From the human T2T-CHM13v2.0 reference genome, Homo sapiens: a DNA stretch of 64,000 nucleotides. Location of the stretch: NCBI RefSeq assembly GCF_009914755.1, contig NC_060929.1; one strand, written 5' to 3'. Made by a program: the position numbers and the translations under genes. The notes beneath the pieces were generated by a model. That model was given only the letters and a program-made list of their open reading frames with translations, had not been told where the DNA came from and made no database searches. Numbering within the stretch: position 1 is the stretch's first letter; each line of letters begins with the position of its first letter. Below are positions 60,261 to 64,000 of this stretch, one piece after another.

Positions 60261-60656
60261 TATATTAATCCATTCTCACATTACTATAAAGAAATACCTC
60301 AAACTGGGTAATTTATAAAGAGGTTTAATTGACTTACCATTCCCCAGGCTGTACAGGAAGCCTGGTTGGGGAGGCCTCAGGAAACTTTCAATCATGGTGG
60401 AAAGGGAAGCAAGAGGAAGTTTCCATGGTTGGAGCAGGAGGAAGAGAGAGAGGAGGGAGGTGCTACACACTTTTAAACAACCAGATCTTGGGAGAACTCA
60501 CTCTCTCACGAGAACAGCACCAAAGTGGAAGGCGATTAGATCATTCTCTCGAGAATTCACCCCCATTATCCAATCACCTCCCATTGGGTCCCACCTTTAA
60601 CCCTGGGGATTACTATTTGACCTGAGATTTGGGCAGGGACACAGACCCAACTATCA
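60261..60656 (-). mobile_element. MSTA solo LTR
   Basis: ctataaagaaatacct...gaggcctcaggaaactt...gaggtgctacacacttttaaacaaccagatct; perfect 5-bp TSD ctccc (60256-60260 / 60657-60661). Confidence 0.93.
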
Positions 60657-60797
60657 CTCCCACAGCTTTTGACTCCTCAGATGCCCTGAACTGCCAAGGG
60701 GCAGAATCATCCCATGATTTCTGAGTATATGGCAGTGAGTCTACCTTACTTGGACACAGTGCAGAGGCCCCTCCCCCACAAGGTAACTGGGGCCCTC

Positions 60798-61151
60798 TGC
60801 AAGGCCTGAATGTTTATATTCTCCTGAAGTCCATAGGCTGAAATCCTAACCTTCAAAGTGGTGGTATTAGAAGGTGAGGTCTTTGAGTTGTGAGGGTGGA
60901 GGCCTCATGAATGAGATTAGTGCCAGTATAAAAGTGGTCCCAGGGAGCTCCCTCACCCTTTCCACCATGTGAGGACACAGTGGGAAGGTGCTGTATATGA
61001 ACCAGGAAGTTGGTCCTCACCAGACGCCAAGTCAGCTGGGACCTTGATCTTAGACTTTCAGCCTCTAGAACTGTGAGCAATAAACATCTGTTGCTTATAA
61101 GCCACAGAGTTTATGGTATTTTTGTAATAGCAGCTCAAATGGACGAAGACA
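60798..61151 (+). mobile_element. MLT1A0-like solo LTR
   Basis: ctgaatgttt...gagggtggaggcctcatgaatgagattagtgcc...ccatgtgaggacacag...cagcctctagaactgtgagcaataaa...gaagaCA. Confidence 0.9.
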
Positions 61152-61251
61152 TTCATTCCCTCAGAACTTGCCACTACTTTGCAGCCCTTTCAGTAGGCCC
61201 ATGATGAGGGTTTAGTTGCAGCATAAGTCACTGGGAAATGTTTTGGGGAGA

Positions 61252-61666
61252 TGTCATGGGTCAACGTGTGGCTCACTAAAAGATATGTGGAAGTCTAAAC
61301 CTCAGTGCCTGTGAATGTGACCTTATTTGGTAATAGGTTCTTTGCAAATGCAATCAAGTTAGGATGAAGCCATTAGGCTGAGTCCCAAACCAATACAATT
61401 GGTCCCTTCATAAGAAGAAGAAAACATCGTGTGAAGACAGACGCACCAGGAGAAGACCAGGTGACAAAAGAGACAGAGGCTGCAGTGATACCCCTGCAAG
61501 CCAGTGAACAACAAGGAATTCACCCAGACTCCCTCAGGGAGTGTGGCCCTGCTGGCTTCCGTATTTCAGACTTCTGCCCTCCAGGACTATGAGAGACTAA
61601 ATTTCTCTTGTTTTAAGCCACCCAGTTTGAGGAAATTTGTTATAGCACACACAGGATATTTCTACA
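61252..61666 (+). mobile_element. MLT1C-like solo LTR
   Basis: cctgtgaatgtgaccttatttgg...gtgtggccctgct...ttgttttaagccacccagtttg; TSD ggaga (61247-61251) / ggagg (61667-61671). Confidence 0.88.
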
Positions 61667-62710
61667 GGAGGAAAGGGACTGAATTCCAAAGGATCTTCAA
61701 AATGTAGCCAGCCTGCACCAGCAGAAGCCAGGAGGATATACCTAGGATTGTATTTTGAAGGTGCTTGATTAAGGAAACTAGAACATAAAATTTACATGAA
61801 AGAGTATATTGGCTTGGGAGTGCTCTTCCTCTTTGTAGGATTTACCACCTTTTCAAGGATGCCAGGGAATTGTGCAGACTTGCTACTAGAATTGCTCAGA
61901 CAAGCCTGGCCAAAGTGATTGCCCAGTCTTCAAACAGCTGCTATGCCAGCATTGCTGTGGTGGGCCACGGAGGGAGGGATTGAAAGGCTTAGAAAGTGTG
62001 CTTGCTGGAATGGATATAGCCTGGTAACCCACCACATTTTCAGGAAGGCTGAAGGACTCACACTTTCCCCAAGCATAGAAGGACACAAGCATCTATAAAG
62101 CTTTCAGGGGTGGCCCTCACCTGCAGGCCTGGGCTGAGAGGAGAAGAGGACAATAGGGCTCCTCTCACTGCTAGCAATGGAGTTGACTGGACCCTGAGAC
62201 AATGAGGCAATGTGCTGGTGCCAAGGAATGGCACTTTTCTTAATGACTAGCCGGCTTTAAGCAGCATCCTAGGGGTCCTGACTCACACAGGGTAATTGAG
62301 ATGGTTACGATGATACAGCAGGTCTACATGGGCTTCAGGCCAAGGCACTGACAGCTTAGAGCAGCAGAAGGTGTCAGTGTGGATGACCAGGAGACTGAGG
62401 ACCCTCTCTCCAAAGACAGCTTGCTCCCTTGCCCAGTGTCCACACCTGAGCCCATTTCAGACCCAGAACCCACTGACTGAAGAGATGTTGAGTTCCCAGG
62501 AGTGAAGATCAATCTTATCACACCATGACAAGTAACATGGGATGATTCTCTCCTCTGTCTTTCCTGAAGAGACCTATGGACATTTACCCAGGAATCTGTG
62601 CCTGCAGGAAAGGGATATATATTGACAATGATTGGACAAGGTATCCGGAATTACATTGATACTCAAAGATAAAAGTTCATCACACTTTCCGTACACAGAA
62701 GAGTACATGT

Positions 62711-63338
62711 TGACACAGAATGGCTGGGCTCCCAGCTAAACCCCACCCTTAAGTCTGGAAGTGTGACCCTAAGAGAAAACAGCTGACCCCATTTTTCCAC
62801 CCAAATGTTGCCTTTTGGCCTTCTACATCCCAGTCCTGTGCTCATAAAAAGACCTCAGCTGGCAGAGCAATGCAAGCAGCTTAGCGACAGAGATACAAGT
62901 GGCTTAGCGGTGAGCAGAGAAGCAGCAACTGAGCATCAGAGACTATGGATAGACACCGCTAACTTCAGACAGTGTGGCTTCAGGGAAAGATTACCTTCCC
63001 ACACCATTCTCTTTCCAACTCCCATCCCCCTGAGTGCCATCACCCAATAAAATCCTCCTCATACATTGCCTTTCAATCTGTGTAACCTGATTCTTCCTGG
63101 ATGCTGGACGAGAACCCAGGTGCCAAGAGGGCGGGGGCTTGGACACTGCTGCAGGGCCCACACAGAGCCTTCTCCCATCAGAGAGGGTGACTGGCTGGTC
63201 CCAGCGTCCGTTCCCTCCAGTTCCCGCGCTCGCTTGCTTGCACACTACCTCTCATGAGGAGTGGCCAGCAGCGGGCTGAGTGAAACGAGCCACTCCAGTT
63301 CCCACCCACAAAGCGGGTCAGGGGAACTACCCATCTCA
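62711..63338 (+). mobile_element. ERV1 solo LTR (LTR27/MER50-like; subfamily uncertain)
   Basis: TGACACAGAATGGCTGGGCTCCCAGCTAAACCCCACCCTTAAG...cataaaaa (TATA-like)...aataaa...ggggaactacccatctCA. Confidence 0.8.
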
Positions 63339-64000
63339 TCCTGAAGTTAGCCAATAAACAGAGCCACATCCAAGGCCTGACTTACAGGCAAGCTATTGGG
63401 TCAATGGACCCATTTGGTACTCGTTTCCCCAGTGATCAAATCTATAATTGGAATGCGCAACCCTGGCAATTGGTTCAACCCTCAAAACAGGCCCTTGGTT
63501 TGTGTAATAAAAGCTATTGTAATAAGGAAGGCAAGTGGAAGTCACCCCTCATCAACCCTGATCAAAGTAAGAAATCAAAAGCAACATTGCAACCCAGAAT
63601 GCATGATGAAAATTGGTGCCATCACAAACGGCTAAAAAGAGATGGGTTGGTGGCTCCCCTCATATATCCATTAATTGACCAGTTTGGCTCTGCAGAAAAT
63701 GGATCTGGAGAATGTCACAGACAACCGCAAGCTCATCCATGTGGTCAACCTGATTGCAGCCACTCTATCAGATGGAGCATGTTTCTTAGAGCAGGAACAC
63801 ATGGTCTCGGGTACATTGTATGTAATCATTGATTCGGCAAACATTTTTTTTCTTCCATCTCAGTCAGAAAAATAGAATGAGAAATGATTTGTTTCCACAT
63901 GGAATTGACAACAATAGGCATTTACATTTTTGCCCCAGGACTGTAATCCCTATAGCATCTAGCATAATAGTCCAAAGAATCTTATTTGTCTTGACATTGA

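Larger units (their letters stand above)
59820..63950 (+). mobile_element. Degraded ERVL-class internal region (gag-pro-pol; HERV16/ERV3-16A3-like), interrupted by four LTRs
   Basis: gag-like gcaggtctgttctgccaag...ttggttgggaaag and QQKPGGY..DCILKVLD; pol-like THLVLVSPVIKSIIG (ORF 63396-63635) and RT-like DNRKLIHVV...FLEQ...IDSANIFF (ORF 63675-63875). Confidence 0.8.

Noticed and set aside
61252-62710. Apparent MLT1C LTR plus its own internal region
   Set aside because: A TSD flanks the LTR and ERVL gag sequence continues on both sides, so it is a solo LTR nested in an older ERVL.

Overview
AT-rich hominid (probably human) genomic DNA with no recognisable cellular protein-coding exon, consistent with a gene desert or a very large intron. 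Much of it is interspersed repeat: seven Alus, MIR/L2 relics, old L1M fragments, several MaLR/ERVL/ERV1 LTRs, and a degraded ERVL internal region (~59.8-64 kb) interrupted by four younger LTRs. The main feature is a full-length minus-strand L1PA2-type LINE-1 (21873-27892) with an intact ORF1 and an ORF2 broken by one frameshift and one stop. Its target-site duplication (ttcagtctattttt, 21482-21495 and 27893-27906) also encloses ~370 bp of foreign sequence with its own AATAAA and poly(A). This is a 3' transduction, and the L1's own AATAAA is missing. Other observations are two local duplications (~180 bp around an MLT2B LTR, 127 bp around an AluSp), nested L1 insertions, an inverted L1 segment, and repeat-free blocks with homeodomain/TALE/SOX/CTCF-like motifs that may be enhancers. 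I found no new class of system. Subfamily names come from recalled consensus motifs, not a database search, and boundaries of old repeats are approximate.
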